A stretch of 41,760 bases of DNA from a virus (Duplodnaviria > Caudoviricetes). A model generated the notes under the pieces. It was not told the DNA's origin. It made no database searches and worked only from the letters and a program-made list of their open reading frames with translations. This document shows, one piece after another, positions 9,777-20,267 of the stretch (position 1 is its first letter; every line of letters starts with the position of its first letter). The DNA is taken from IMG/VR virus record IMGVR_UViG_3300008255_000217, positions 1 through 41,760 of that record; one strand, given 5' to 3'. Position numbers and translations under genes: made by a program.

Positions 9777-10229
9777 ATGACTTCTGTACCCCGCATTTCC
9801 GGGTCGAAGCTGCTTGTCCAGATCGGAGATGCAGCCTCGCCGGAGACTTTCACGCATGACTGCCTTATCAACACCCAGCGCGGCATTCAATTCAGTTCCG
9901 ACACGCAGGAACACATCATGCCGGACTGTGACAATCCGGATGATCCTGCCTGGAAAGATGTGAGCAAGGACGGCCTGTCTATCACTGTGACCGGCGCAGG
10001 CATGCTTTACACATCTTCGGTCGAAACCTGGTGGGACTGGTTCAACAGCGACGACGCGAAAAACTGCCGCATCAACCTCAATGTCGCCGGTGCCAGTGGC
10101 GGTGGTTATTGGGCGGTTCCGATGAAGCTGACGAGCATGGAGATCAGCGCTGATGACAACAAGGCAACGGCAACCTGTCAGGTGACGCTTGTTTCGAATG
10201 GCGCTGCGACATGGACGGCCAACGCCTGA
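9777..10229 (+). CDS. Major tail tube protein
   Basis: GSKLLVQIGDAASPETF, PDCDNPDDPAW, VTGAG; RBS GGAGA. Confidence 0.88.
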   Translation: MTSVPRISGSKLLVQIGDAASPETFTHDCLINTQRGIQFSSDTQEHIMPDCDNPDDPAWKDVSKDGLSITVTGAGMLYTSSVETWWDWFNSDDAKNCRINLNVAGASGGGYWAVPMKLTSMEISADDNKATATCQVTLVSNGAATWTANA

Positions 10230-10603
10230 TGGGCCGGCACGCGGCTGTCGAGCTGGATTTCGCAGACGGGACATACACGTTTCGTCTGTCGGTTTCAGGA
10301 ATCGAGGAACTGGAAGGCAAGGTCAGGCGAGGAATATTCCAAATTGCCGATGATCTCGACCCGGCGGTCCGATCAGCGCGGATCAAGACGATCAGTGAGA
10401 CGATCCGAATAGGGTTGATCGGTGGCGGAATGCCACCTGCAGACGCCCTGGCGCTGACCCGACGTTATGTTGATGAGCGGCCGCTGCCTGAAAACCTCCT
10501 GCTTGCCTATTCCGTTGTGCTAGCGGGGATCTCCCGGGTCAACGGCACGGAAATCCCGAAGGAGAGCGCCTCGGGGGAGGCGGACGCGGCGGAGACGGGT
10601 TAA
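10229..10603 (+). CDS. Tail assembly chaperone (GTA gp10-like, lambda gpG equivalent)
   Basis: FADGTYTFRL, IRIGLIGGGM; between tail tube and tape measure genes; start by TGATG overlap. Confidence 0.85.
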   Translation: MGRHAAVELDFADGTYTFRLSVSGIEELEGKVRRGIFQIADDLDPAVRSARIKTISETIRIGLIGGGMPPADALALTRRYVDERPLPENLLLAYSVVLAGISRVNGTEIPKESASGEADAAETG

Positions 10604-10791
10604 CCGATTTCGCCGCGATCTACGCTTCGGCTGCATTGATGAATGGCATCCCGCCGAGCGAGGTGGAGAATATGTCCATGGGACAATGGTTTGCGCTGGC
10701 CGCAGGATGGAACAAGGCTCACCGGCAAGATGTAGAGCCGCCGAGTGTTGAGGAATTTGAGGCCGCCGTTCTTGCGGCAAGAGGTGTCTGA
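10573..10791 (+). CDS. Tail chaperone C-terminal extension (gpT equivalent) via -1 frameshift
   Basis: -1 frame reads DFAAIYASAALMNGIPPSEVENMSMGQWFALAAGWNKAH, ends TGA overlapping tape measure ATG; slippery G GGG GAG at 10573-10579; absent from ORF track. Confidence 0.75.
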   Translation, partial: GGGGRGGDGLTDFAAIYASAALMNGIPPSEVENMSMGQWFALAAGWNKAHRQDVEPPSVEEFEAAVLAARGV

Positions 10792-12722
10792 TGGCGATTA
10801 CGGTAGAGCGCATGGTTGCCGTCCTCGAGGCGAGGGTGGACAAATACGAAAAGGCACTGGCGAAACAAGCCGCCAACACAGACAAGACCTTCGGAAACAT
10901 GGAGGCTCGCGGAAAGGCGTTTGCCACCAACCTCAATACCGCGGTTGCGCGTGGGGGGCGAGGTTTCGATCAGATGGGTCGAAGCGTCAACGCTGTGCGG
11001 GGCCAAACAGCGAACCTTGCTGCTCAATTTCAGGATATTGCAGTGCAGCTGCAAAGCGGAACCAGCCCCTTTACGGTCGCGCTGCAGCAGGGCACGCAAA
11101 TCAACCAGGTTCTTGGTCCGCTCGGTGTCCGGGGCGCGGTCGGTGCTCTCGGTGGCGCTTTCATGTCGCTTATCAATCCGATCTCGCTGCTGACTATCGG
11201 CACGATCGCGCTGGGTGGTGCAGCCGTTCAATATTTTTCGTCGGTGCTTGAAGACGGCGAGCAGTCAAATGCGACTGTTAAAAAGCAGGCTGACCTGATC
11301 CGGCAAGTAGCCGCGGAGTGGGGCGATGCTGTTCCTGCGTTAAGGGCCTATGTCGACGAACTCGACAGGGCGGAAAGCGTAGGCAACCGAAACGCGGTTG
11401 TGCAGCAACGGGTGACGCAGCTCTTCGCCGATTTCAGGGCGCAATTGCCCGACCTCGGCGCCGGCATTGCCGATTTGCTGGGTTTGCTCGAAAGTTATGG
11501 CGGGCAGGAGGCGAATATCACCGCCCTCCGGGATGCGTTCGACACGCTCAGCACAAAGATCAAGGACGGGAAAGCCACGGCCGACGACATGGCCAGGGTT
11601 CAATCTCTCCTGGCGGACATTCTCAATGCAACGGGCATCCCTGCGGCGCAGGATATGGCCGACACCGTCAACGGGCTGGCGGATGCATTTGCGCGCGCGG
11701 CGGGTGAGGCGAGCAATCTTACCCAGCAGAATGCAATTGCCGGACTGGATGGCTCTGCGCTTGCTCCGCTCAACCCGCTGAACGGGTTCAGGTCCACGCC
11801 TTTCCAGAACGAAGCCGAGTTGATGGATGAGCGTGCCCGGGGCACGAAGTCTCAGTACCAGCTCGAGCAGGAGCGAAATGCACGTCGCGGCGCCGGCCGA
11901 GGTTCGAGTGTTTCCGCAGCTGAGCGCGAGCGGCAAGCAGTTGCAGAGCTCATCGAGACCCTGAAGTTCGAGCAGTCGATGCTCGGGGCGACGGATCTTG
12001 AGCGTGAGCGGGCCAATGCACTACGGCGTGCAGGTGCAGCGGCGACAGACGAGCAAAAGGAACAGATATCGCAGATCGTTGATGCGCTCTACGCAGAGAA
12101 GGAAGCGCTTGCCGGCGCGCAAGAGGCTGCCAGGTTCTTTGGTAATACGATGTCCGGTGCTCTGGATGATCTTATCCCGACGATTGAAACCGGAAATGCG
12201 GCGCTCGATAACCTGGTCAACACGTTGGTCAAGGCTGTGGCGCAGGCGGCGATTCTAGGTAAAGGGCCGCTTGCATCGTTGTTCGGTGCAGGGGTCGGGG
12301 GCGGCGTGTCCCGTGGCGGGCTGCTGGGCGGCGCCATTATCCCCGGCATTCTTCATTCAGGCGGTGTTGCAGGTACTGACGGCTACGGTCACGGGCGGTC
12401 GGTTTCGCCATCGGTGTTTGCTGGTGCAAAGCGCTATCACCAAGGCGGCGTTGCTGGTCTGCAACCGGGCGAGATCCCGGCCATCCTTAAAAAAGGCGAG
12501 CCGGTGTTGCCGTCTATGGGCGCGCTCAAGAATATAGCTTCAAGCAGCCAGGCAACAATAGTCAATCTTAAAGCTTACAGCACATTTGACGGCGACACGA
12601 TCCGCTTCATGATCCGTGATGAAAGCGGCAAGGTCGTCGCTGAAGCGGCGCCGGGAATCGTTAGCCAGTCTGTGAGTGCTACAGGCGAGAGGATGCGCAA
12701 ATATCCGGGGTTTGGTAGCTGA
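10791..12722 (+). CDS. Tape measure protein
   Basis: 643 aa Ala-rich helical protein, NLAAQFQDIAVQL...ALQQGTQI, C-terminal HSGG/HQGG-GEIPAILKKGE motifs. Confidence 0.92.
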   Translation: MAITVERMVAVLEARVDKYEKALAKQAANTDKTFGNMEARGKAFATNLNTAVARGGRGFDQMGRSVNAVRGQTANLAAQFQDIAVQLQSGTSPFTVALQQGTQINQVLGPLGVRGAVGALGGAFMSLINPISLLTIGTIALGGAAVQYFSSVLEDGEQSNATVKKQADLIRQVAAEWGDAVPALRAYVDELDRAESVGNRNAVVQQRVTQLFADFRAQLPDLGAGIADLLGLLESYGGQEANITALRDAFDTLSTKIKDGKATADDMARVQSLLADILNATGIPAAQDMADTVNGLADAFARAAGEASNLTQQNAIAGLDGSALAPLNPLNGFRSTPFQNEAELMDERARGTKSQYQLEQERNARRGAGRGSSVSAAERERQAVAELIETLKFEQSMLGATDLERERANALRRAGAAATDEQKEQISQIVDALYAEKEALAGAQEAARFFGNTMSGALDDLIPTIETGNAALDNLVNTLVKAVAQAAILGKGPLASLFGAGVGGGVSRGGLLGGAIIPGILHSGGVAGTDGYGHGRSVSPSVFAGAKRYHQGGVAGLQPGEIPAILKKGEPVLPSMGALKNIASSSQATIVNLKAYSTFDGDTIRFMIRDESGKVVAEAAPGIVSQSVSATGERMRKYPGFGS

Positions 12723-13456
12723 TGGCTGATTACATCACTGAGACACGGGATTTCCCGTCCAAGCTTCTATGTGTCGAGGAGAATTCCTTTTTCCTTAAGC
12801 CGACGGGTGAGGCATTCCGTTCGAAGTACAATCCGGCGCCAAGATCGGCGGGGCCGCGGTACAAGCTCTGGAATTGTTCGGTCGCAACGAGCCTTCTGCG
12901 AAACACGGACAGCGGGGATCTGCGCTTTGAGTGGGAAGCATTCGTGCATTCTCTTGACGGGGTAAGGGTAGCTTTCCGTATCCCGGACAGGTTTAGAAAA
13001 TTGCCACGGGGGTTGGCAGCGGGTCTCTCTCTCAGCGCATCGGGGGATGAACTATTTCGGGTCAATGGCGGGACGAATTACAGTCTGACAGACACGACTC
13101 ATCTGATAGCCGGGTCAGGCACAGCGCAGATAGCAGAGGCGGCGGCAAGAAACGCGAACACGATCCGGATCGCCGGTCTAGTGCCTGATGCCACTGTTTT
13201 CCGACCTGGAGACCTTATGGAGATCGGCGGGAACTTGCATGAAGTTCAGCAAATGGCGCTTTCGAACTCATCGGGCGAGAGCCGAGTTGTGCTCAACAAC
13301 AGGCTCTGGAAGCCCGCGCTTGCCGGAGATCTCGTGACGTTGCAGAGTCCCCGTGGCCGGTTTGTGATGGTTGATAATGACCAAGGTTCCACCGTGAGGG
13401 CGTCCCGTTGGTCTTCATCTTCCATCGAGATGATCGAAGCGCCTTATGTCGAATAG
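12722..13456 (+). CDS. Distal tail protein (putative)
   Basis: Directly after tape measure gene, translationally coupled, beta-rich. Confidence 0.6.
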   Translation: MADYITETRDFPSKLLCVEENSFFLKPTGEAFRSKYNPAPRSAGPRYKLWNCSVATSLLRNTDSGDLRFEWEAFVHSLDGVRVAFRIPDRFRKLPRGLAAGLSLSASGDELFRVNGGTNYSLTDTTHLIAGSGTAQIAEAAARNANTIRIAGLVPDATVFRPGDLMEIGGNLHEVQQMALSNSSGESRVVLNNRLWKPALAGDLVTLQSPRGRFVMVDNDQGSTVRASRWSSSSIEMIEAPYVE

Positions 13457-14036
13457 GTACAATCGGTCCAAAACCATCAGCAGGCACCAGATCGAGGCGA
13501 ACCAGCCGGATCTGTTTCTGGTTGACATAACCACGCCTGCCGGGACCAGCTATTTCTTCAATGGTCTGGGCCTGTTTGACTGGAACGGAAACACCTATCT
13601 CGGCACCGGCCAGCTTGGTTCGATCGAGATCGAGGGTAACGGGTCGGAGATCGCCGAAACGCAGGTGAAATTCACGCTTTCGGGCGTTGACGAGGGTGTG
13701 ACCGATCTTCTCGACAGCACGGTCAAACCCGGCACTGCCATTGTTCGCCAAGCGTTTCTTCGCTCGGACTGGACGGTCGATGTCATCAAGACCATTGAGG
13801 AATGCCTGCTCGAAAAGATGGAATTGAGCGTAGGCGATGGAACAGCATCGATCACGCTCGTTGCCAAGGGCGGGTTCCACGAAATCAACTCCAGATCTTC
13901 GGCGCATTGGGATCCTGAGAACCAGCGCCAGAAGCTCATCGCAGCCGGGATTGATCCGGACGGGGCCGGTAAGGACACCGGCTTCGATCTCATGAGCGAA
14001 ATGCGCGACAAGCTGATTGTGAGTCAGGCGGAATAA
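13446..14036 (+). CDS. Tail tip/hub protein (putative)
   Basis: WNGNTYLGTGQLGSI, FTLSGVD motifs of minor tail proteins. Confidence 0.65.
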   Translation: MSNRYNRSKTISRHQIEANQPDLFLVDITTPAGTSYFFNGLGLFDWNGNTYLGTGQLGSIEIEGNGSEIAETQVKFTLSGVDEGVTDLLDSTVKPGTAIVRQAFLRSDWTVDVIKTIEECLLEKMELSVGDGTASITLVAKGGFHEINSRSSAHWDPENQRQKLIAAGIDPDGAGKDTGFDLMSEMRDKLIVSQAE

Positions 14037-14446
14037 TGGACGTTTTTTTTGAGCATGTCCGCCGACCGTGGAAACGCGGCGGGTCGGATTGTTATGTCGC
14101 AATCGCGGACCAGGTGCGGGCATGGACTGGCATTGATCTGATGGCCGGGTGTCGTGGGTTTTCGACGCTGGCCGGGATGTTCCGGCTGGTCCGCAAGGCG
14201 GGATATGCCGGGCCGGTTGAGGCCATGCAGGCGCGGCTTGAGGAAAACGGATGGTCCGAAGTTTCGGACATGTTTGAAGACCGTGACCTGACCATCGTCC
14301 GCTTCATCGAAGACGGCAAACGGCAGATTGCTCCGGCAGTGTTCGCAGAGGGTTTCTGGAATGTCCGGGGCAAAGGCGGGTGGCTTGCCTTGCGACATGA
14401 AGAGTCCGGCGTGATGACGGCATGGAGGCGCGGCGATGGGCATTGA
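14036..14446 (+). CDS. NlpC/P60-like tail tip assembly protein
   Basis: PWKRGGSDC...WTGIDLM motif; lambda gpK-like position. Confidence 0.65.
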   Translation: MDVFFEHVRRPWKRGGSDCYVAIADQVRAWTGIDLMAGCRGFSTLAGMFRLVRKAGYAGPVEAMQARLEENGWSEVSDMFEDRDLTIVRFIEDGKRQIAPAVFAEGFWNVRGKGGWLALRHEESGVMTAWRRGDGH

Positions 14447-15965
14447 AACCGCTATCGCTTCAGCCATCGGATTGGCTTTGTTCCAGGCCGGGGCTCCTAT
14501 CGCCCTGGTCAATGCCGGGGTCTTTCTTGGCGGCAACGCAATCGCCATAGGACTGAGCGCCGCATCTGTCGGTTTCCAACTCGCCGCCGCGCGGCAAGGT
14601 AACGTCAGGCCGCTCACTCCTGAAGCGCAGGGCGTGCAGCAACTCATTCGTCAGGCCATCCCGCCGCAGCGCCTCATTTTCGGCGAGGTGGAGACGTCTG
14701 GTGCACTGTTCTTCGCGGCGGGCGATCCGCCATACACATGGTACGGTCTGCTGCTTGCTGCACATCAGGTGGAGGCGCTGAGGTCGATCCGGATCAACAC
14801 CACGGAAGTGACGATCGGCGATGACGGTTTTGCCACGTCAACCCCGTTCCGGGATGGCGACAACAAGTACCTCGAGGTGAGCTTTCGAAACGGTTCGATC
14901 GACCAAGCCATCGATCCGATCATTGCCCGCGACTTTCCCGATATGCCGGCCACCTTCCGGCAGCGAGGCCACGCAACCATTGTCATCAAGCGCACGCACG
15001 GGTTCGGTGGGAGCGTTGCCGCGAAGAACGAAGATTACAAAAGGATCTGGGGGGAGACCGGTCAGTTCAATCCGCTGATAAGGTTCCGTGGAGCGAAGAT
15101 GTTCGACGTGCGCAAGCCCGGCCATGTGCTTGAGACGCCTTCAACCCACGCATGGAGTGACAACGCCGCGCTGTGCTTTGCTCACGCGCTCACATTCCAA
15201 TGGCCCGACCGGCGGATATTCGAGCCGTCCCGCCTGAATTGGGATGGTATCGCCCGCGCGGCTGACGAGTGTGACAAATGGGAGATCGACCGGAACGGCA
15301 ACACGTTCCGCCGCTACACCACCAATGGCGTGGTGATGTCGACAGACCGCATCTACGACATGCTTGAAAGCTTCCGGACCGCCATGGGTGGAGACATCGC
15401 GATGGAGCGCGGCAAGATTTACCCGGTGCCCGGCGTGGCGCGTGAGCCATCTGCGACACTTCACAATGCAATGATTGTCGGCGGCTTCCGGTACTCTCGT
15501 GAGCGGGAGTTCGGGCAGCTTGTCAATATCGTGAAAACGCAGTTCCAGGCCCCTGACCGGGAATACCAGACCGTTGAAGGCCCGGTGCTGAGAGACACAT
15601 CGGCCATCACCGCCGATGGTCAGCCGCTTGAAACGACCATTTCCCTGCCGTTCACACAAGGCGATCCAAGAGCCCAACGCATGGGGCACATGGCGATGAA
15701 ACAGGCGAGGGCGCCTCGTTCACTGGAAATCGGAGTGACGAGTGAGGCCGAAGCCTGGGAGATCGGCAAGGTGTACCGGGTCCATCTCGTCGGCGGCATT
15801 CTGGAGAAGGTCAACGGGCTCTACACGCTGGCGGCAAAATCGCCGTCGCCGGGCCTGCGCGGCTATCAAATTGTTCTCACCGAATACGACCCCACGGCCT
15901 TCGATTTCGGGCCGGAAGATGAGCAAGACTTCGAACTTGATGACGACACGAAGGAAGCCGCCTGA
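14436..15965 (+). CDS. Central tail tip protein (gpJ/Tal-like)
   Basis: PQRLIFGEV, WSDNAALC, AADECD, RYTTNGV, LPFT...AQR motifs. Confidence 0.78.
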   Translation: MGIETAIASAIGLALFQAGAPIALVNAGVFLGGNAIAIGLSAASVGFQLAAARQGNVRPLTPEAQGVQQLIRQAIPPQRLIFGEVETSGALFFAAGDPPYTWYGLLLAAHQVEALRSIRINTTEVTIGDDGFATSTPFRDGDNKYLEVSFRNGSIDQAIDPIIARDFPDMPATFRQRGHATIVIKRTHGFGGSVAAKNEDYKRIWGETGQFNPLIRFRGAKMFDVRKPGHVLETPSTHAWSDNAALCFAHALTFQWPDRRIFEPSRLNWDGIARAADECDKWEIDRNGNTFRRYTTNGVVMSTDRIYDMLESFRTAMGGDIAMERGKIYPVPGVAREPSATLHNAMIVGGFRYSREREFGQLVNIVKTQFQAPDREYQTVEGPVLRDTSAITADGQPLETTISLPFTQGDPRAQRMGHMAMKQARAPRSLEIGVTSEAEAWEIGKVYRVHLVGGILEKVNGLYTLAAKSPSPGLRGYQIVLTEYDPTAFDFGPEDEQDFELDDDTKEAA

Positions 15966-17182
15966 TGACGACATCTCTTGAGCAGGCTTTCCCCGGAACG
16001 TCTGTTTCCAATGCCACCATGATCGCCAAGCTGGCGGAGCAGGGCATCATCGTTGTTGATGATCTCGATGCGGTGACCAGCGAGGATTTCTCCATCCAGC
16101 CCTGGGCCGGGATATGCTCGCTCGCTGATGGCGCTCTGTTCATGTACGACAGCACGGATACGACATCTGCGCATGATGGCTCGACCGTGATCGTGGTGTC
16201 TGGCCGCCGCTATATCCTGCAAAGCCAGACCATTCCCGACTACTTTGCGGTCAGTCAGGGCGACACGTCTCCACCCGGGTCTCCTTCTCTGGGCGACCAG
16301 TATGTGATTGGGGCCGCACCATCGGGTGATTGGGCGTCAAAGGCCAAGAACCTTGCCACGTGGACAGCTCGGGGGTGGGTGTATCGGGTGCCGCAGCGCG
16401 GTCAGATCGTGTGGGTGAACGACGAAAACACGTTCTACCACTATTCAACATCCGATGTATGGACGCAGGGCATTCCTGTTTCCGGGATCACCAATGGGGC
16501 GATCACGCCGCTCAAGCTCCGCCACCCGCTTGCTGTCATGGTGGTCGAAGATGTGCGCAATGCACCTCCCGGCTCCATCCCTGCCAACGGCACCGCTTAT
16601 GTGGTCGGGAACAGCCCAACAGGGGCGTTCGCCGGGGAGGCTGGTGGTGTCGCTTATGTGGATGGCGGGGCCTATACCTTCATCGATCCTTTCGAGGGCG
16701 CAACAGTCTATGACAAGGATCAGGGATTTGATCTCTGTTATCGGTCCGGCACATGGGAGCGAAAGGTTCCAGGCTCGGCGATCCCCAATGTTTATTACAG
16801 TTCGGTCACAGCTCCCGGGAGCCTCAATTACTCAACAGCTGAAATCACGACATTCACAAAATCGGTCCAGGGCGTGAGCGCGAGCAACAGGTGGAGAGTA
16901 GACGTCTTCATAAACGCTCCTACTGCGACGACCGGTGGGGCCGGGAATGGAAGATTGGAAGCAGCCGTCTACGTTGATGCTGAATCCTCTGCGCGGTCGA
17001 AGCCATTGTCATTCCCGGCGGTCGATGGTGAGAAGTTTTGTGCCAACTTTACGTGCTTTATCGACGTGCCTGACCTCTCTCCGCACAACATCATCGTGAA
17101 GCTTTCAGCGGATACCGGCACGCTGGTGTTTTCTCCTGGTGGAACAGTGACAACGCTTCAAATTACCGAAGTCAAAGGCTGA
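15965..17182 (+). CDS. Tail fibre/adaptor with two DUF2793-like repeats
   Basis: PPGSPSLGDQYVIGAAPSGDWA and PPGSIPANGTAYVVGNSPTGAFAG repeats. Confidence 0.72.
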   Translation: MTTSLEQAFPGTSVSNATMIAKLAEQGIIVVDDLDAVTSEDFSIQPWAGICSLADGALFMYDSTDTTSAHDGSTVIVVSGRRYILQSQTIPDYFAVSQGDTSPPGSPSLGDQYVIGAAPSGDWASKAKNLATWTARGWVYRVPQRGQIVWVNDENTFYHYSTSDVWTQGIPVSGITNGAITPLKLRHPLAVMVVEDVRNAPPGSIPANGTAYVVGNSPTGAFAGEAGGVAYVDGGAYTFIDPFEGATVYDKDQGFDLCYRSGTWERKVPGSAIPNVYYSSVTAPGSLNYSTAEITTFTKSVQGVSASNRWRVDVFINAPTATTGGAGNGRLEAAVYVDAESSARSKPLSFPAVDGEKFCANFTCFIDVPDLSPHNIIVKLSADTGTLVFSPGGTVTTLQITEVKG

Positions 17183-17184
17183 TC

Positions 17185-20100
17185 ATGACATCCTCAAAGA
17201 CGCTTGAATCCACGCGCTACGGCGCGGGGAACCGCAACATTGCGGATACCGACTTCTCGATCTATCACCGCGACCAGGTGGTAAACTCGGGCGTCGATAC
17301 CGTCGCGGATTTCCGGCTCACAGATTGGGAGTTCCAGAAGTGCATTCTGGTTCGCGAGATGGGCGCGATCTACACCTATGACCCTGCGAGCACAGCGGCG
17401 GATGATGGTGATGCTGTCCTTCATGACAACCTCGGGCGCCGTTATCTCAAGGGCGCGTTTGATGGGGCTGCTGTTCCAGGGACTGATGGTGCTCCCGGCG
17501 GGTCATTCGCCTTTGCATTCGACGGCGCATCACAGACGATGGCAGACCCTGGGCCGGGGCTTTTCCGCCTGAACAATGCCACGCCAGCAAGCGCGACGGC
17601 CATGGCTCTGGCGGCCGACCTTTCGGACTCGTCGGATGTATCCGCGCTCATTACCGCCAGATTGCAATCCACGTCGACGGTCAAGGCCCGCCTCGTCGTT
17701 ACCAACGGGACAAACCGGCTTGAATACGATGTGACCGGCGTGTCTGATAACGGGGCATGGGTCCAGCTTACGCTTGATAACGGCTCGATTGTCGGCTCGT
17801 TGAGCGATGAGGCGCCGTGTGCTCTCGTCTTCTCTGAAACCGGTGATCGTGGCGATGACGGCCAGGCCTTCGATCATAACGGCGTCGGCGTCCCGTCAAA
17901 TGGCCTTGGAGAGGACGGAGAGACCTACCTCAATATTGCGAACGGCGACACCTACATCAAGGCTGCAGGGGATTGGGGTTCTCCCTCTGGTGACATACTC
18001 GCCACAATCCTCGGAGACTACACCGAGCTCGTCAACCGCCGCGAGTTCGAATCTGTCGCTGACCTTGCTGCAGCAACGATCGCAGGAACAACAAAGCGGG
18101 TTAGAACTGCGGCCTACGATCCACTTTACGCAGATCTTTCTACGATGGGAGGCGGGTGCGATCATGTTCGCATTTCAAAAGCGGACTTTGATTCAGCTGG
18201 CTTCCCTGATCTGGCTCTGACGAGAAGTCAGGACCGCTTGATGCCGGATGGTGTTACGGTAGATGCCACGAATGGCGGGTACTGGTTGGCTGTCGCGACC
18301 GGCGCCATCAATATTGCCATTTTTGGGGCGCGTCAGGGGTCAGCGAGTTATGCCGAGCGGAACTCTGCGGCGCTCCAGGCTGCGCTCGATTATTGGGTTG
18401 CCAGCCCTTTTGCTGATGCGGTTATCACCAGCGATCCGGGCACCTGGCGGTTCGACCCCTCGTCGTTCGTCGTTAACCCCGGCGGTCCGTTCAAAAACAT
18501 CACGATCGAGGGCGACGGCCGTTTCGGCACAACCTGGGAAACCGAGCTATCTGGCACGGACAGCATTTTCCTGGACAACTCCCCTGGCGGTGTAGCGGAC
18601 CGGAATTGCCGCTTCTATCTACGCCGGATCAAGCTCGTCTCACGCAATGCTGATGGCACTGTTTGCCCTATCTTCGTTCGCAATCTCAACTGGCTTGAGG
18701 GATGCTTTGAAGATGTGGGCACAGTACAGGGAAGCCAGGGGCAGATTGGCAATACCCACACTGTTCTGTCCGGCATATGGAACGCTGATATCGTCAATTG
18801 CCACTCTAATGGCGGTGGCCTTTATGTGCCGGCCAACCCGCTGAGTGATACTGTCCGGTTTACTCTGACGGCTGATAGCGCAATTGTCGAAGCGACAGAA
18901 GCTGTTTTCAGCGAGGACGATGAGGGCATCAAATTCATCTTCGGGCCTGAAGGCGGTGCATGGGTCGGAACGGTAGCCAGCTACGACAGCCCTACGCAAG
19001 TTACGATGACCGAGCCTTCCCCATACTCATCCGGCGCCGGTGCGGAGATTGCTTATTCTGAACCCATCAGGGCAACCACTACGGCTTCGGGGACCACGGT
19101 AACGGTAAACCGTCCTCGAATGGAGGAAAGCCATGTCGGGCGGTATGTGGTTATCCGTGGGGCAGGGACGTCCAGAAGTCGCCGCTCCTTCCATCGCGCA
19201 AAAATCCTGAGTGTGGCAGGGGATGGGTTGTCGTTTACCATGGATCGACCAGCGGTATACGCGGTCTCTCCTTCCGATTCGGCCGCCACCAGCGCGCGCG
19301 GAGCGATGGCCATTTCGCCGGTTCACCTGGTTCTCTACGACGGGAACACGGCGAACACCACCAACGACATCACTTTCATCAACTTCCGGATCGAGTTGTT
19401 CCGTGGGGTTGGTCTGGTTATCGAGGACGGTGTCCAGCTGAAATTCACCGAACAGAAAATCCATGGCGACGGGCTCCCCACGGCAGAGATCGCTACGGGC
19501 TACCGGCCGGATTATCACAGCCAAGCAGGCATGTGGATTCAGTCACGCGGAGGGTTCTGGAAGGGCGGGTCGCTCGAGGCCGCGGGTTTCGATGATGGGC
19601 GGATCGTTTGTTCCGGCTCTGAGCAGTTCAAGGTCAATGATGTGTGCTGCCGGTGTAACATCGATCAGGCAATCCTGTTCTCTGAGCACCCTTATGGCCA
19701 GTTTGCGGAGTTCAGATTGGGAGATGCGCTAATCTACAACCAGCAGTGGGATATGACGACTGCCGGCCTCACATCACATGAATATATCGCGGGCAGAGGC
19801 GCCCAGGTTCTTGAGCATATTGGGAGTGTCAACCTAAGCTCTACCTTCAACAAAAGGTTGGCATCGGGAAACAGTACAGCCAATAGCGGCGGCGCCGGCC
19901 AGACTGTGTCGAACGGGGTGACGCTGAAAATCAAGATGCCGCCAACCCGCAGAAATGACGGCCTCAACTCTCAAGGCTCGATCGAGTTCTTCCTGAGTGA
20001 TGCGTCAAACGCGAAAGTCGGCTTCACCACAAATGGCGCTGGGTATCATCATTGTACCTTGAGCTACGGTGGCAGCCTTTGGGCTGTAAGCGACACTCCC

Positions 20101-20211
20101 GAATTTGAAACAACGGGCAAGATCACAGTCTCATGTGATGATGACTACATCTACGTGGTCAACGATTCCGTATCGCGCTTCATGACATGGGACATTCGCA
20201 GAGGCCAATAA
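17185..20211 (+). CDS. Tailspike / putative polysaccharide depolymerase
   Basis: 1008 aa; pectate-lyase-3-like entry INIAIFGA...NSAALQAALD followed by beta-helix-like sequence; last gene of tail module. Confidence 0.72.
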   Translation: MTSSKTLESTRYGAGNRNIADTDFSIYHRDQVVNSGVDTVADFRLTDWEFQKCILVREMGAIYTYDPASTAADDGDAVLHDNLGRRYLKGAFDGAAVPGTDGAPGGSFAFAFDGASQTMADPGPGLFRLNNATPASATAMALAADLSDSSDVSALITARLQSTSTVKARLVVTNGTNRLEYDVTGVSDNGAWVQLTLDNGSIVGSLSDEAPCALVFSETGDRGDDGQAFDHNGVGVPSNGLGEDGETYLNIANGDTYIKAAGDWGSPSGDILATILGDYTELVNRREFESVADLAAATIAGTTKRVRTAAYDPLYADLSTMGGGCDHVRISKADFDSAGFPDLALTRSQDRLMPDGVTVDATNGGYWLAVATGAINIAIFGARQGSASYAERNSAALQAALDYWVASPFADAVITSDPGTWRFDPSSFVVNPGGPFKNITIEGDGRFGTTWETELSGTDSIFLDNSPGGVADRNCRFYLRRIKLVSRNADGTVCPIFVRNLNWLEGCFEDVGTVQGSQGQIGNTHTVLSGIWNADIVNCHSNGGGLYVPANPLSDTVRFTLTADSAIVEATEAVFSEDDEGIKFIFGPEGGAWVGTVASYDSPTQVTMTEPSPYSSGAGAEIAYSEPIRATTTASGTTVTVNRPRMEESHVGRYVVIRGAGTSRSRRSFHRAKILSVAGDGLSFTMDRPAVYAVSPSDSAATSARGAMAISPVHLVLYDGNTANTTNDITFINFRIELFRGVGLVIEDGVQLKFTEQKIHGDGLPTAEIATGYRPDYHSQAGMWIQSRGGFWKGGSLEAAGFDDGRIVCSGSEQFKVNDVCCRCNIDQAILFSEHPYGQFAEFRLGDALIYNQQWDMTTAGLTSHEYIAGRGAQVLEHIGSVNLSSTFNKRLASGNSTANSGGAGQTVSNGVTLKIKMPPTRRNDGLNSQGSIEFFLSDASNAKVGFTTNGAGYHHCTLSYGGSLWAVSDTPEFETTGKITVSCDDDYIYVVNDSVSRFMTWDIRRGQ

Positions 20212-20267
20212 AGGCCGCCTGTATCCTCTTGCTGGTCAGTTGTTTTTTAACGCACAAGGAGATCGAT

